Notes under the pieces: generated by a model | What the model saw: only the letters and a program-made list of their open reading frames with translations | Told to the model about the DNA's origin: nothing | The model's database searches: none | Source of the DNA: a virus | Lineage: Duplodnaviria > Heunggongvirae > Uroviricota > Caudoviricetes | IMG/VR virus record: IMGVR_UViG_3300035696_002535 | DNA length: 46,352 nt | Reading direction: 5' to 3' (one strand) | Position numbers and translations under genes: made by a program | Shown here: one piece after another, positions 8,549-17,522 of the stretch | How positions within the stretch are numbered: the stretch's first letter is position 1 | How the letters are laid out: each line of letters opens with the position of its first letter

Positions 8549-8568
8549 AGCCTCTACCTCCTACCAGT

Positions 8569-8597
8569 AATATACTATTTTATAACGTAAAATCCAA
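8569..8597 (-). promoter_or_regulatory. recurrent promoter TTGGAT-17-TATATT
   Basis: Read directly; 17-nt spacer. Confidence 0.75.
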
Positions 8598-8612
8598 ATA
8601 CTTTGTTAATAT

Positions 8613-8975
8613 TTGTTTGTAGACATGAAGCAGGTATCGAGCATACTCATAAGATTAGCTGAAGAGCTTAATGATCAAGCTATGGTGAATTCTGCCAGGA
8701 AATTCATAGAAGGTCTACTGAAATCCAACGATCTCAGCCAGTCTCAATTAGGAGCTTATAAAGTAAAGCCCAAAAGTGATTCGGGTGCCGAGGGGATGGT
8801 AACAGGAGAGCGTTCCTCGGGAGTTCGCCTGCAGTACGATGGGGACATCCAACAAGACGATTTGCTGGGGATATTAAGAGACAAGAAGTGTATGCATGAC
8901 GATAAAGAGATAGAAATTCAGCCAGAGAAGATGCCCGACAACGCCTCTTGGGGATACGCAGGGAAAATAAAATAA
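8613..8975 (+). CDS. hypothetical protein
   Basis: ORF track; start uncertain (internal ATG MKQVSS). Confidence 0.6.
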   Translation: MFVDMKQVSSILIRLAEELNDQAMVNSARKFIEGLLKSNDLSQSQLGAYKVKPKSDSGAEGMVTGERSSGVRLQYDGDIQQDDLLGILRDKKCMHDDKEIEIQPEKMPDNASWGYAGKIK

Positions 8976-8978
8976 AAC

Positions 8979-9158
8979 TTATGTCTTCTTTCTCTTTCCC
9001 AGCACCCATTCCAAAGCTTTTATTTTTGCAAGAGTTTCTCGTTCGCGGCGTTCCAGATAGTGAATAAGATCGGGGCGTATGTCTTTTGAGTCTCCTATCA
9101 ACTCTAAACCAAGTTCCATATCATCAATTTCTGCCTCGATCTCTTGCTGTGACTTCAT
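8979..9158 (-). CDS. hypothetical protein (59 aa, MKSQQEIEAEIDDMELG...)
   Basis: Hand translation; SD GAGG. Confidence 0.65.
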   Translation of the reverse strand: MKSQQEIEAEIDDMELGLELIGDSKDIRPDLIHYLERRERETLAKIKALEWVLGKRKKT

Positions 9159-9183
9159 ACATCCTCACATTCTGTTAAAAACG

Positions 9184-9357
9184 CTACTGACTGCCGACTC
9201 CAGTAATCATCGGTGGGGAAAAGTCTTCTAGTGATGCCACGTTCGCACCACGCCTTGGCTAAACCAGCATATCAGCCAGCAACACTACAGTATTTTTTCA
9301 ACTGTGAGCATTGTCCAGGACTTGTCAAAGACGGACTGACGCCTCCACAGCCAGTAG
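9184..9357 (-). ncRNA. candidate structured ncRNA (174 nt) directly after rnl1
   Basis: 10-bp closing helix CUACUGGCUG/CAGUCAGUAG; inner helices and three 7-12 bp hairpins; all three sense frames closed. Confidence 0.65.
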
Positions 9358-9361
9358 TTAC

Positions 9362-10552
9362 TTATTCCACGTATATTTCCATATCCTTAAGCTTCAACTT
9401 CTCGACCAGGTACTTCTCCAGGTGGGCTCGGGATTTGGCCTTTTCCATGGATTTAAAGAAGTCTAGAGCAGACTGTACCTTACCCTCGTAAAGCTGAAAC
9501 ATATAAGACGGGTTAGTAAGCTTCTGGACCCGTAGGGCAAACTCTTTCCGGTTTTCCTTGGTACGTTCCTTGGTAAGGTGTTCGGCCACATCCAAGGTGT
9601 CCTTGTTGAGCTGCTCAATATAAGCCAAATAACTTGCTTTTACCTTTTCAACAAATGGGGTGAACTCTTTGAAATAGCTCAGAAACTCGTTTTCATCCCC
9701 CTCCATTACAAGGCTCACTAAAGAACGAAGGCTCCTTCCAGCACGATCTTTAAGATGGTGTATGGCAACATAAGAAGGATTTTTGACTTTGACTCTCTTG
9801 TAGCTTAGACCGTCCTCGTCAGGAACAGAGTAATCCACGGCCACAAAACCCTCTTCTAGAGTGGCCAAACCTTTTGCAAGTTCTACAAGATTATCCTGAT
9901 CTCTAAAATCCACCACACCTGGCAGTGGGACCCCAAGAACAGTTGACTGCTGCTGAAGTTCTGACAATAAAAGCTCTCTCCAGGTAGAGACTTCACGCAT
10001 CATTAATAGATGTAAACTTCTCTCTTTGTAGATAGTAACAACCCTATTCTCTGGAGCCGTAAGTTCGAAATAATAGGTATAGGCTTTGTCGACCTTTTTA
10101 AGAAAGTCTGGGTACCTTTCAGCCGTTTTATAAAATAGATCCCGAAAAGATATGGAAAACAGCCCCACATTGGATGAGTTCTCGATCACGCTCCTGGTCG
10201 ACATCAACCACTTGTCTTTGTAGTTGAAATAGGAAATCAAAGACCCATCCAGCTTTTGAAGCCCTACAGCTTTCAGGAAGTCGAAACCATCCGTGATCTG
10301 GGGGACTTCTTCATAGTTGTAGAAGCGTTTAAAGGGATAGGACACTATATTCCAAGTATCCTTCTCCAAGATCAGTCCACGGCACTCCATTACAATTGGG
10401 TGTGTCTTGGGAGAATCTGTTTGGCTGTACCCTAGGCAAACGAGATCATCATAGAGGTTGTATTCGATTCCTAGTTCATCCTTGAGTTTATTCAGGGCTT
10501 GTTCAGCTGGAAGGCCAAATGATCGAAGATATTCTTGGACTTTGAGGACCAT
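9362..10552 (-). CDS. rnl1: T4 Rnl1-family RNA ligase
   Basis: CRGLILE...SYPFKRFYN, KLDGSLI, FELTAPENRVV, EEGFV, RVKVKNPSY. Confidence 0.9.
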   Translation of the reverse strand: MVLKVQEYLRSFGLPAEQALNKLKDELGIEYNLYDDLVCLGYSQTDSPKTHPIVMECRGLILEKDTWNIVSYPFKRFYNYEEVPQITDGFDFLKAVGLQKLDGSLISYFNYKDKWLMSTRSVIENSSNVGLFSISFRDLFYKTAERYPDFLKKVDKAYTYYFELTAPENRVVTIYKERSLHLLMMREVSTWRELLLSELQQQSTVLGVPLPGVVDFRDQDNLVELAKGLATLEEGFVAVDYSVPDEDGLSYKRVKVKNPSYVAIHHLKDRAGRSLRSLVSLVMEGDENEFLSYFKEFTPFVEKVKASYLAYIEQLNKDTLDVAEHLTKERTKENRKEFALRVQKLTNPSYMFQLYEGKVQSALDFFKSMEKAKSRAHLEKYLVEKLKLKDMEIYVE

Positions 10553-10571
10553 GTAAATCTCCCTTATAAGT

Positions 10572-10600
10572 AATATACTTTTTTAGACATCTAGATTCAA
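10572..10600 (-). promoter_or_regulatory. recurrent promoter TTGAAT-17-TATATT driving rnl1
   Basis: Read directly. Confidence 0.75.
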
Positions 10601-10601
10601 G

Positions 10602-10895
10602 TTAATTTTTTATTCTTTCTTCCACGGCATCCGTTATGCGTTTTAAGTCTTTCAAGATTCCAATAAGGTCGTCATATCCGCCCTCGCTTTGAAGTGAGTT
10701 TATGACCGCTTCTTCTTGTTTTTTATAAATCAGGAAATACTGATTGAAAGATTCTGGGTCTTCGTCCTCGCTTGATTGTTTCAATCTTTGAAGGATATCT
10801 CTCAAGCAATTAATATACAAAACAGATTGTTGTTTGTTCTCAGGTAAATCTTTCATTGCGGTTCCCTGCAATAAAAAGCCTTCTATCATAAACAA
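10602..10895 (-). CDS. hypothetical protein
   Basis: ORF track. Confidence 0.65.
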   Translation of the reverse strand: MFMIEGFLLQGTAMKDLPENKQQSVLYINCLRDILQRLKQSSEDEDPESFNQYFLIYKKQEEAVINSLQSEGGYDDLIGILKDLKRITDAVEERIKN

Positions 10896-10935
10896 AGCTA
10901 TAATAGAAGGCTATTAGATTTATCTGATGAGATTT

Positions 10936-11652
10936 TTATTTGATATTTATATCCAATTGTACGGTTACTGTTTGTTTATAGGCTATATTGTTCATAATGT
11001 CATAAGCACAGAGGACACTGACGGTTGGGCAGAAATACCACGAGAACCCAAAACTCAAAGCACCATAACTGCTCATACCACTTTGGTAGTCTACGCAGAG
11101 CCCCAATTTATCTCCTACCATCCTATCCCACCCTGCGATTATCCCTTTATCCCATATAATACTGTCCGCAGAGAAAAGGTTTCGTGAATCATACCCAACT
11201 CCTCCCCTGTATGCACCTAAAGTAAATCTACCCAGTTTCCATATGTTTTTTGCGAGAAGCCCATATGCAATGTTGTAGGAATTTACATTTTTGATGAACC
11301 CAACATCATACATACCGGCTTCGATAGCTGGTTGGTTTTTGAAAAAGGCACCTTCCGGTAGACCTAGCTTTGCATTGAATAAAAACGGATAATGATGGTC
11401 GCCACTATTATCTCGGTAGTCTATGCCCACTTCCATCTGTATTTTTTTGAAGGGTAGCACACCTATTGTCAGACCACCATCAACTGTAATTCCTGCAGTG
11501 TCCGTGTTGATGTAGGTATCCCATCCGAAATGAGGGTCGAGAAAAGGCTGAAAATCTGCCCCAGGTATCCATATATAGGTGGAAGAGGTAGCCATTACCG
11601 AAACGACAGCAAACAATAGTATGATGGTCAACTTTTGAAAAAGATTTTTCAC
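10936..11652 (-). CDS. exported protein, possible outer-membrane beta-barrel
   Basis: Signal peptide; alternating aromatic/Gly strands; ends TVTVQLDINIK. Confidence 0.55.
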   Translation of the reverse strand: MKNLFQKLTIILLFAVVSVMATSSTYIWIPGADFQPFLDPHFGWDTYINTDTAGITVDGGLTIGVLPFKKIQMEVGIDYRDNSGDHHYPFLFNAKLGLPEGAFFKNQPAIEAGMYDVGFIKNVNSYNIAYGLLAKNIWKLGRFTLGAYRGGVGYDSRNLFSADSIIWDKGIIAGWDRMVGDKLGLCVDYQSGMSSYGALSFGFSWYFCPTVSVLCAYDIMNNIAYKQTVTVQLDINIK

Positions 11653-11792
11653 AAGAATCTCCTTTTATTAAAAATCATCAGGACCTTTGTTTATTTCCCC
11701 TGTTATTACCATTATAAAAAGCCCTACAAAGGATAACGCCACACCGGTCGTCAAACCCATAAGCATAACAGTAATCTGTACATACTCCGGGC

Positions 11793-12074
11793 TCATTTTT
11801 CGACCAGTTTATCTGTCTCCGACTTGGGATACTGGCAATTGATTATGAGATCTTTGTGGATATCCTGGAGTCGAAGTAAAAGATTATGCCTCTCCGCATA
11901 ATCAGAGACACCCGAAAACATCTCAATGATTGCTTCTTTTGTTTTGTTTTCTGGGTTGGATTTTTTCTTGCACTCGTCGCATATGTCATATAGTTTTACT
12001 TTATCACAGGACATACAGCGACACTGTGCGATTATTTTTTTGCAGACCGAGCAGTATTTAATAAAATGTCCCAT
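11793..12074 (-). CDS. hypothetical Cys-rich protein
   Basis: CSVC...CRCMSC...CDEC. Confidence 0.7.
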   Translation of the reverse strand: MGHFIKYCSVCKKIIAQCRCMSCDKVKLYDICDECKKKSNPENKTKEAIIEMFSGVSDYAERHNLLLRLQDIHKDLIINCQYPKSETDKLVEK

Positions 12075-12099
12075 AGATATGTTTTAACTCCCCTCTCGG

Positions 12100-12309
12100 T
12101 TAAAGTAATTTATATTGATCTATTTCATGCCTTTTTCCGCAATGCTTACATTTTTCAACTATAAAAAGTATAGATGCCCAACGATCCCAGCCATCAGTTC
12201 CATAGTGCATTGCAACATGTTCATCATAAGAGCTATGCTCTTCAATTTTAGTCACGGCTTCATTATAAACTATTTTTCTTTTGCACTTGTGTTTGATTGT
12301 CATAATCAA
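12100..12309 (-). CDS. hypothetical protein
   Basis: ORF track; CKHC. Confidence 0.65.
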   Translation of the reverse strand: MIMTIKHKCKRKIVYNEAVTKIEEHSSYDEHVAMHYGTDGWDRWASILFIVEKCKHCGKRHEIDQYKLL

Positions 12310-12386
12310 TCCTTTAAGAAAACAATACAGTACAAGCTGGAAAATGCTTTGTACTGTATTGTTTTGATCTACTTGAGAAATACCCT

Positions 12387-13301
12387 TTATTCCGTTACCT
12401 TGAACTTCCTGAATTCGCTAATCTGTTCGATAACATGCTCAACGTCACGCTTGATGTCCCAATAAACGATCATGAACATTCTGTCATCCTTAGTCCTTCC
12501 AAGGATGGCGGGGTCTATGTTTATCCTTGGTATGTATTTCTTTACGTCTATCTCTCTTTTCTCTATAGAAAACAAAGGATAGGCATAAATAAACTCGTCG
12601 AAGATTTTGGTTTCCTGGGCTTCCAAAACTTTGAGTTTTGCTCCCATGGGGATTTTGGCAGTAACAGTCGATAACAGCTGGGTATTGACTTTTACGTTTA
12701 TGGAATCCCACACTATGTTAAGGTTCACCCACTTGTATATTGCAAATCCTGCAAGGGTGGCATTAAGACCCCACCCGATTATGATCCCAACGCACTCCGA
12801 AACGACAATCCAGGAAGGGTGGTGCATAAAACATTTTGAACTAAGAAAAGCGAAAAGAGGCACCAAAGCCAAGCAGATTACGGAAGATACTACTGGAGTT
12901 AAGCAATCCGGAAGCAGTGCCTCAAAAAAAGACTTGACATTTGTCGTCCAGCACATCAGCTTAAGCCGAGTAATATTGAACAGCCTGCCAAGTAGAGACG
13001 GCGTAACCTCCATGTAGTTGTTACTCTTTGTGAGCTCGTTAATGTCAAGGGACAAGGCCTGATTAGCTGTCATTACTGCCTGAGGCGCTAGCCCCAGTTT
13101 TTTATCGATCTCCAGCTCTTTTTGGATTTTCTCTATTTCAGGTGTTACTTTTTCTTTTGCAAGAGGATGCCTGGAAATGTCAAAACCATCCAAAGTCGAT
13201 GGTATGATCAGGGCCTTCGAAGTTTTTGAATCTTTTTCATCTACGACTGTGAACTTTCCTTCTTCCACAGTGCTGTCACTTGTACCACGTAGCTTATTCA
13301 T
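12387..13301 (-). CDS. hypothetical membrane protein (two TM segments; DPAILG...IVYWD tail)
   Basis: ORF track; SD GGAG. Confidence 0.75.
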   Translation of the reverse strand: MNKLRGTSDSTVEEGKFTVVDEKDSKTSKALIIPSTLDGFDISRHPLAKEKVTPEIEKIQKELEIDKKLGLAPQAVMTANQALSLDINELTKSNNYMEVTPSLLGRLFNITRLKLMCWTTNVKSFFEALLPDCLTPVVSSVICLALVPLFAFLSSKCFMHHPSWIVVSECVGIIIGWGLNATLAGFAIYKWVNLNIVWDSINVKVNTQLLSTVTAKIPMGAKLKVLEAQETKIFDEFIYAYPLFSIEKREIDVKKYIPRINIDPAILGRTKDDRMFMIVYWDIKRDVEHVIEQISEFRKFKVTE

Positions 13302-13367
13302 CGGACCTCTCCTTTTTAAGTAAGTTTAAAAACCGGAATCTATGAGACATGCTCAGATTTTTTGCCT

Positions 13368-13709
13368 TTAACCTCCTGATTTTTTGATTTTGGTTTCCGC
13401 TCGTTTGTTCCAATCTTTTATGGCATCTTCCAGACGTCCATACCAAGATGCAGATGGATGAATTTCACAATGTTTCGTTAGATCCTCATGATCAAAAAAT
13501 TGGGATGGGCATCCCACATACCATGTGCCGTGGAGAGCCCCGATGTTGACATCTTTGCCGCTTTTGCCATCCCAATTCAGTCCAGGATGACGGATAATAA
13601 TCGCCTTGCCACTGCAGAACGGGCAATCTTTCAGCTCTATCTGTTCAAGCTGTTCTTCTGTCATTTTAGCCTCCATCGAATGTGGCTCTTTCATACCGTT
13701 ATCTTTCAA
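13368..13709 (-). CDS. Lar (restriction alleviation)-family zinc ribbon protein
   Basis: LKDCPFCSG...AIKDWNKRA. Confidence 0.7.
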   Translation of the reverse strand: MKDNGMKEPHSMEAKMTEEQLEQIELKDCPFCSGKAIIIRHPGLNWDGKSGKDVNIGALHGTWYVGCPSQFFDHEDLTKHCEIHPSASWYGRLEDAIKDWNKRAETKIKKSGG

Positions 13710-13722
13710 TGTTTTTAACCGC

Positions 13723-14211
13723 TTATGCCACCTTCCCTATGTATCGTTTGAGAACCTCATCCTTCTGGCTGAGATACGAATGAAGATTCTCCTCGAAGAC
13801 AAATCGGGTAGCCCCGTAACCTGAATAGGTGGTCGTGATATTGTCAAAGAGATGATCGTCTGAGATGCACAGAGCGGTATCAATGGCATTGGTTATGGCT
13901 GCACCATGATGATGAACGATTATCAACCCTATGTTGTGCTTGAGAAGTTCAGCACCATAATCCCTGAAGTGCGTGAACTGACCTATAGGATAGAGACCAT
14001 CACCCCGTATTATCAACACGAACGAAGAGAATTGCTTGGTAACAAACCGGTCAGATTTGGAAAGGTAAAGTATCCGACCCTCGTATGAACTCTGTACCTG
14101 AAAGACCCTCGTGAAGATGTTGACGGTATCACCATCATAGATATTGTATTGCTGGATCTTCAACCACTTCAGAAATCTCTTGCAGTTTCGTTTGTAAGAC
14201 CTGTAACTCAT
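13723..14211 (-). CDS. hypothetical protein
   Basis: ORF track; SD GAGG. Confidence 0.7.
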   Translation of the reverse strand: MSYRSYKRNCKRFLKWLKIQQYNIYDGDTVNIFTRVFQVQSSYEGRILYLSKSDRFVTKQFSSFVLIIRGDGLYPIGQFTHFRDYGAELLKHNIGLIIVHHHGAAITNAIDTALCISDDHLFDNITTTYSGYGATRFVFEENLHSYLSQKDEVLKRYIGKVA

Positions 14212-14232
14212 TTGGTTTAGCCTCTCAACAGT

Positions 14233-14505
14233 TTAACTTTCACATTTACCATTCGTTGAAAAATCAGTACGACCGGGACATGTGCCGTTGCCTGCTATTA
14301 CATCTGAGTCTTCTTTCTTCTGGTCTTCCAAATACCACTTGGCAAACATCTTAAATCTGCGCATGCTTATTTTGACGGTCGTGTGACCCATCGTCAAAAG
14401 GACATAATTGGGACATACCGTTATCCCCTCACTGTTCCACCAGATGCCTTCTTCATTCAGCTTGTTTTTGACATCCTGCTGATCTTTACAATCGCATGGC
14501 CTCAT
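14233..14505 (-). CDS. hypothetical protein
   Basis: ORF track. Confidence 0.7.
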   Translation of the reverse strand: MRPCDCKDQQDVKNKLNEEGIWWNSEGITVCPNYVLLTMGHTTVKISMRRFKMFAKWYLEDQKKEDSDVIAGNGTCPGRTDFSTNGKCES

Positions 14506-14521
14506 GGTTCCCCCGAGCTCG

Positions 14522-15142
14522 TTACATCCCTCTACTATGCAAGTCTCTATGAATTTGTCGCCAAAAAGAGTCGCCTTCTTTTGTACGACTCCAAGAAAGA
14601 AAAGTATTCAAAAATTCAGAAGGCAAAAGATCTTTTGTAGTTAAATTACCTAATACTTTATTTTTCAGTATCTTTTTTGCTATGTCAGGAGAAAACTTAG
14701 TCTTTGCATATTTTTTCACAGAGATGCACGACCTACTTGCTTTTTTCCACTCTTCTTTCGAAATTGTAAAAGCTTTGAAGCAGACATCACCCTCCACACC
14801 AGCCGCTATAAAGTCTTCTTTTTTTACTTTTATCCCCATCGTTACTACAGCGCCTTCAGATGCAGCAGTTAGATATACCGCACCACGCTCTTTGCGTATT
14901 CTTCCGTGAAACGCACCCTCATATATACCAACGCCGTTAGCTAGAGGCAACTTGACCCCTTTTTCAACAAAAGTACCATAACCTTTTTTAAAGCTATAAT
15001 ATCTGTAAAGAGCCAACAGATCTTTTTTAAAAATCCCCTGAGTAGTAATATAAAAAGTTTTGTAAAAAGTAAACTCTTGTTCGCCGTCACCAAGGCTGTT
15101 AAGAACTTCGTTGGTACGTTCTATGGAAACTCTTAAGCACAT
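14522..15142 (-). CDS. hypothetical protein, paralog of 29915-30325
   Basis: Shared MCL, TFYK, GxFHxR, VKKEDxxAxG. Confidence 0.8.
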   Translation of the reverse strand: MCLRVSIERTNEVLNSLGDGEQEFTFYKTFYITTQGIFKKDLLALYRYYSFKKGYGTFVEKGVKLPLANGVGIYEGAFHGRIRKERGAVYLTAASEGAVVTMGIKVKKEDFIAAGVEGDVCFKAFTISKEEWKKASRSCISVKKYAKTKFSPDIAKKILKNKVLGNLTTKDLLPSEFLNTFLSWSRTKEGDSFWRQIHRDLHSRGM

Positions 15143-15146
15143 ATCT

Positions 15147-15479
15147 TCACTCCTTCGTGGTTTTTACTTTTTCCAGAGATTCTTTTATGGTCTTTAAATC
15201 ATCTTCCATGTCAAATACTTTCATCGAACTGTTAGAGATAACAAGGTTTACATGGAAGGACAAGGCAGCAAAGCCAGAAGTAATCAACCACTGCAGGTAC
15301 TCTTTTCGTTTATCCGCAGCTATAGTTACAGCCGTACGACTACCATGGATGTCGTCTGAGGCATCCTCCAGCTTTGCATCTGGAAATCTTTCTTTAATCT
15401 CCGTTTGAAATTCACTGCAGATGCCGGAGTCCCACTCAAAATAGATTACATCGTAAATACCTTTTGATTCCATAGACAT
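15147..15479 (-). CDS. hypothetical protein
   Basis: ORF track; SD GAGGAGG; own promoter. Confidence 0.8.
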   Translation of the reverse strand: MSMESKGIYDVIYFEWDSGICSEFQTEIKERFPDAKLEDASDDIHGSRTAVTIAADKRKEYLQWLITSGFAALSFHVNLVISNSSMKVFDMEDDLKTIKESLEKVKTTKE

Positions 15480-15492
15480 TACCTCCTCAAAT

Positions 15493-15521
15493 AATATACT
15501 TTTTAGCGAAGCTAAGTAAAA
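15493..15521 (-). promoter_or_regulatory. recurrent promoter (TTTTAC-17-TATATT)
   Basis: AAAAAGTATATT motif. Confidence 0.65.
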
Positions 15522-15564
15522 CGAATACTTTATTAATTCTTTTAATTAATAAAAGGGGTCTTCC

Positions 15565-16173
15565 GTGGGTGGTCAAGAACATTCCGAATTTCTGAAGTCT
15601 TTAGTGCATCAAGGCCATTCCACAGTTCAGGAGCACGCTACAACTGAGAAAGGTAGGGTACTATCCTACGACAATACCGACACAATCCCGGAAAACACTC
15701 CTGTCATAACATTAAGAGAGATACCCGGCTACGTAAAAACCCCACTGGATTTAGCTCGTTGCCCTGGGGCTGATTTTAGCGAAGCATCGTGGTATATGAA
15801 CAATAAAGGATACACTCAAGGGATACCTATGAAATTAGCTGTAACAAAAAAACTCAAAAAGATAGCGGATGCCCTTGAGAAACTCGCCATGGCCGCTTCT
15901 ATCTATCAAGTGATTTATACCGAGCCCAATATGCTGACTTTAATAAGCAAAACAGGTCATAAATATACATTTACTAAGTATGATGTAGATAACGAAAAAT
16001 CCTTTGAGGATTGGTTGAGAACTCACGTAAAAGATAAAGAAAATCTAGGTGACACTGCTATAGAAGACATAAAAATTCAAGTGTTTTCAGAAATCAAACA
16101 AGGCAAAAAATCATTTAATGTTAAATTCTTCAACTTCCCATCAGACTTTAAAACTCCGTCACTTGTATATTAA
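15565..16173 (+). CDS. hypothetical protein (start uncertain; MKLAVTKKL... is an alternative)
   Basis: ORF track. Confidence 0.6.
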   Translation: MGGQEHSEFLKSLVHQGHSTVQEHATTEKGRVLSYDNTDTIPENTPVITLREIPGYVKTPLDLARCPGADFSEASWYMNNKGYTQGIPMKLAVTKKLKKIADALEKLAMAASIYQVIYTEPNMLTLISKTGHKYTFTKYDVDNEKSFEDWLRTHVKDKENLGDTAIEDIKIQVFSEIKQGKKSFNVKFFNFPSDFKTPSLVY

Positions 16174-16229
16174 TCTACCTGACGTACTCCCCCGACTAAA
16201 GTCGGGGGGTTCTTGTATCTCTCGCCCCA

Positions 16230-17262
16230 TCACGCCGCTTCGCGGCAGGATAACGCGACTCTACATTGCGGGGCATCAGTGCTCCCTTTAGATACATCTC
16301 TGTCTGTATCTAATGGATCCTGCAACGGCCACGCCGCTATGTTAAAAGCGGCATTGGCATCTGCATGATCTACGTGTCCACAGTTAGGACACACAAAACT
16401 CTTATCTTTTCGAAGACCTATCGTCCCGCAAACGCTGCACGTCTTTGACGTGTACGCGGGAGCAACTAAGCCTACAACCACTCCGAACTTTTTGGCCTTA
16501 TACTCAATAAAATTCCTTAGTTGATTATAAGACCAGGAGGATAGGGAGTATTTAAAAGATTGAGCCTGTTTCTTGTTATTTCTAATTCCCTTTAAGATTC
16601 TCTAACTTGATAGAACAATTATTTTCCTTGGCTGTTAAGACTATTTTCTTCGAAATCTTATGATTCAAGTCTCTGACTATATTTGACTCTCTTCGTTTTA
16701 TCTGATTAAGTTTTCTCCATTTCTTTTGCCTCTAAAGTTTCTTTCTTATACTTTTATATTTTGTATGGATATACAAAGCCTGTTTTCCAAGTTTAATAAC
16801 CTTGCCGGTGTGAGGTATTCCAATTACCGCACAATGGCCGGTGGTATTTAGATCCACTCCAATATATCTATCTTGTTTGATAGGATTTGGTTCTTTGACT
16901 TCTCCAGTCACATAAGCATACTCTTTATCTAATTCTATTTGATTTATTTTTTCAAATTTGTATCTGAAAAAATCCATCGGGAGAGTTAGATTAAGGCAAG
17001 GGATGATAAGATTTTTATTGATACTATCAACTTTAATAGATTGACCTGGGATAGTTAATTTAACCTTGTTGATGGTTTTTAATTTTTTATTGGAGCTATA
17101 CTTTTTAAGGATTTGATTAGATATAGCGGATTTTAATCCTATATGACTCACATCTTTTGATGATCTTGATTTAGTTTTAAGAGCATACAGAGCTACTCTC
17201 TTTGCTTTTTCAAGCTCTGAGTTTAGGTCTGTACAGTGCTTGATTTTAATAGTTAGTATCAT
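16230..17262 (-). pseudogene. tnpB: tnpB pseudogene (in-frame TAG at 16732-16734; +1 frameshift near 16588-16590)
   Basis: RuvC motifs [21 protein letters not shown]; zinc finger CSVC...CPNC. Confidence 0.9.
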
Positions 17263-17420
17263 TTGTTTTTCTCTTTTTCTGTTCTCTCAAAAAATTCATT
17301 TAAAGCTTTTCTTATAAGAGCAGACACTGGTATGTATGTTTCTTCTGACATCTTTTTTAATTTATTAATGTGACTAGTTAAAAAAGTGTGTGTGACTTGG
17401 ATGGCTTTATCTTTGTCCAT
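17259..17420 (-). CDS. ribbon-helix-helix protein (53 aa, MDKDKAIQVTHTFLTSHINKLKKMSEETYIPVSALIRKALNEFF...)
   Basis: Hand translation; LxxxSxETxIPxSxLIRxAL pattern; ATGA overlap with tnpB. Confidence 0.75.
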   Translation of the reverse strand: MDKDKAIQVTHTFLTSHINKLKKMSEETYIPVSALIRKALNEFFERTEKEKNK

Positions 17421-17522
17421 GCTATGCACTCTATATTCCTTTCATATAACTATAAATAGTAATACTAGGTTATTACAAATTGTTCGCTTTCATCCCACGG
17501 CTAAAGCCGTGGGCTTTCCCGC

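Noticed and set aside
7379-8614. TTAATATT as a late promoter (near 7379, 7739, 8606)
   Set aside because: AT-rich and common; the 7739 copy lies upstream of a terminator
9184-9357. Hammerhead ribozyme or tRNA
   Set aside because: Has CCGAUGA, not CUGANGA, with no matching GAAA junction; no T-loop or CCA
9213-9491. 92-aa + strand ORF
   Set aside because: Antisense to rnl1 and to the structured RNA; no SD
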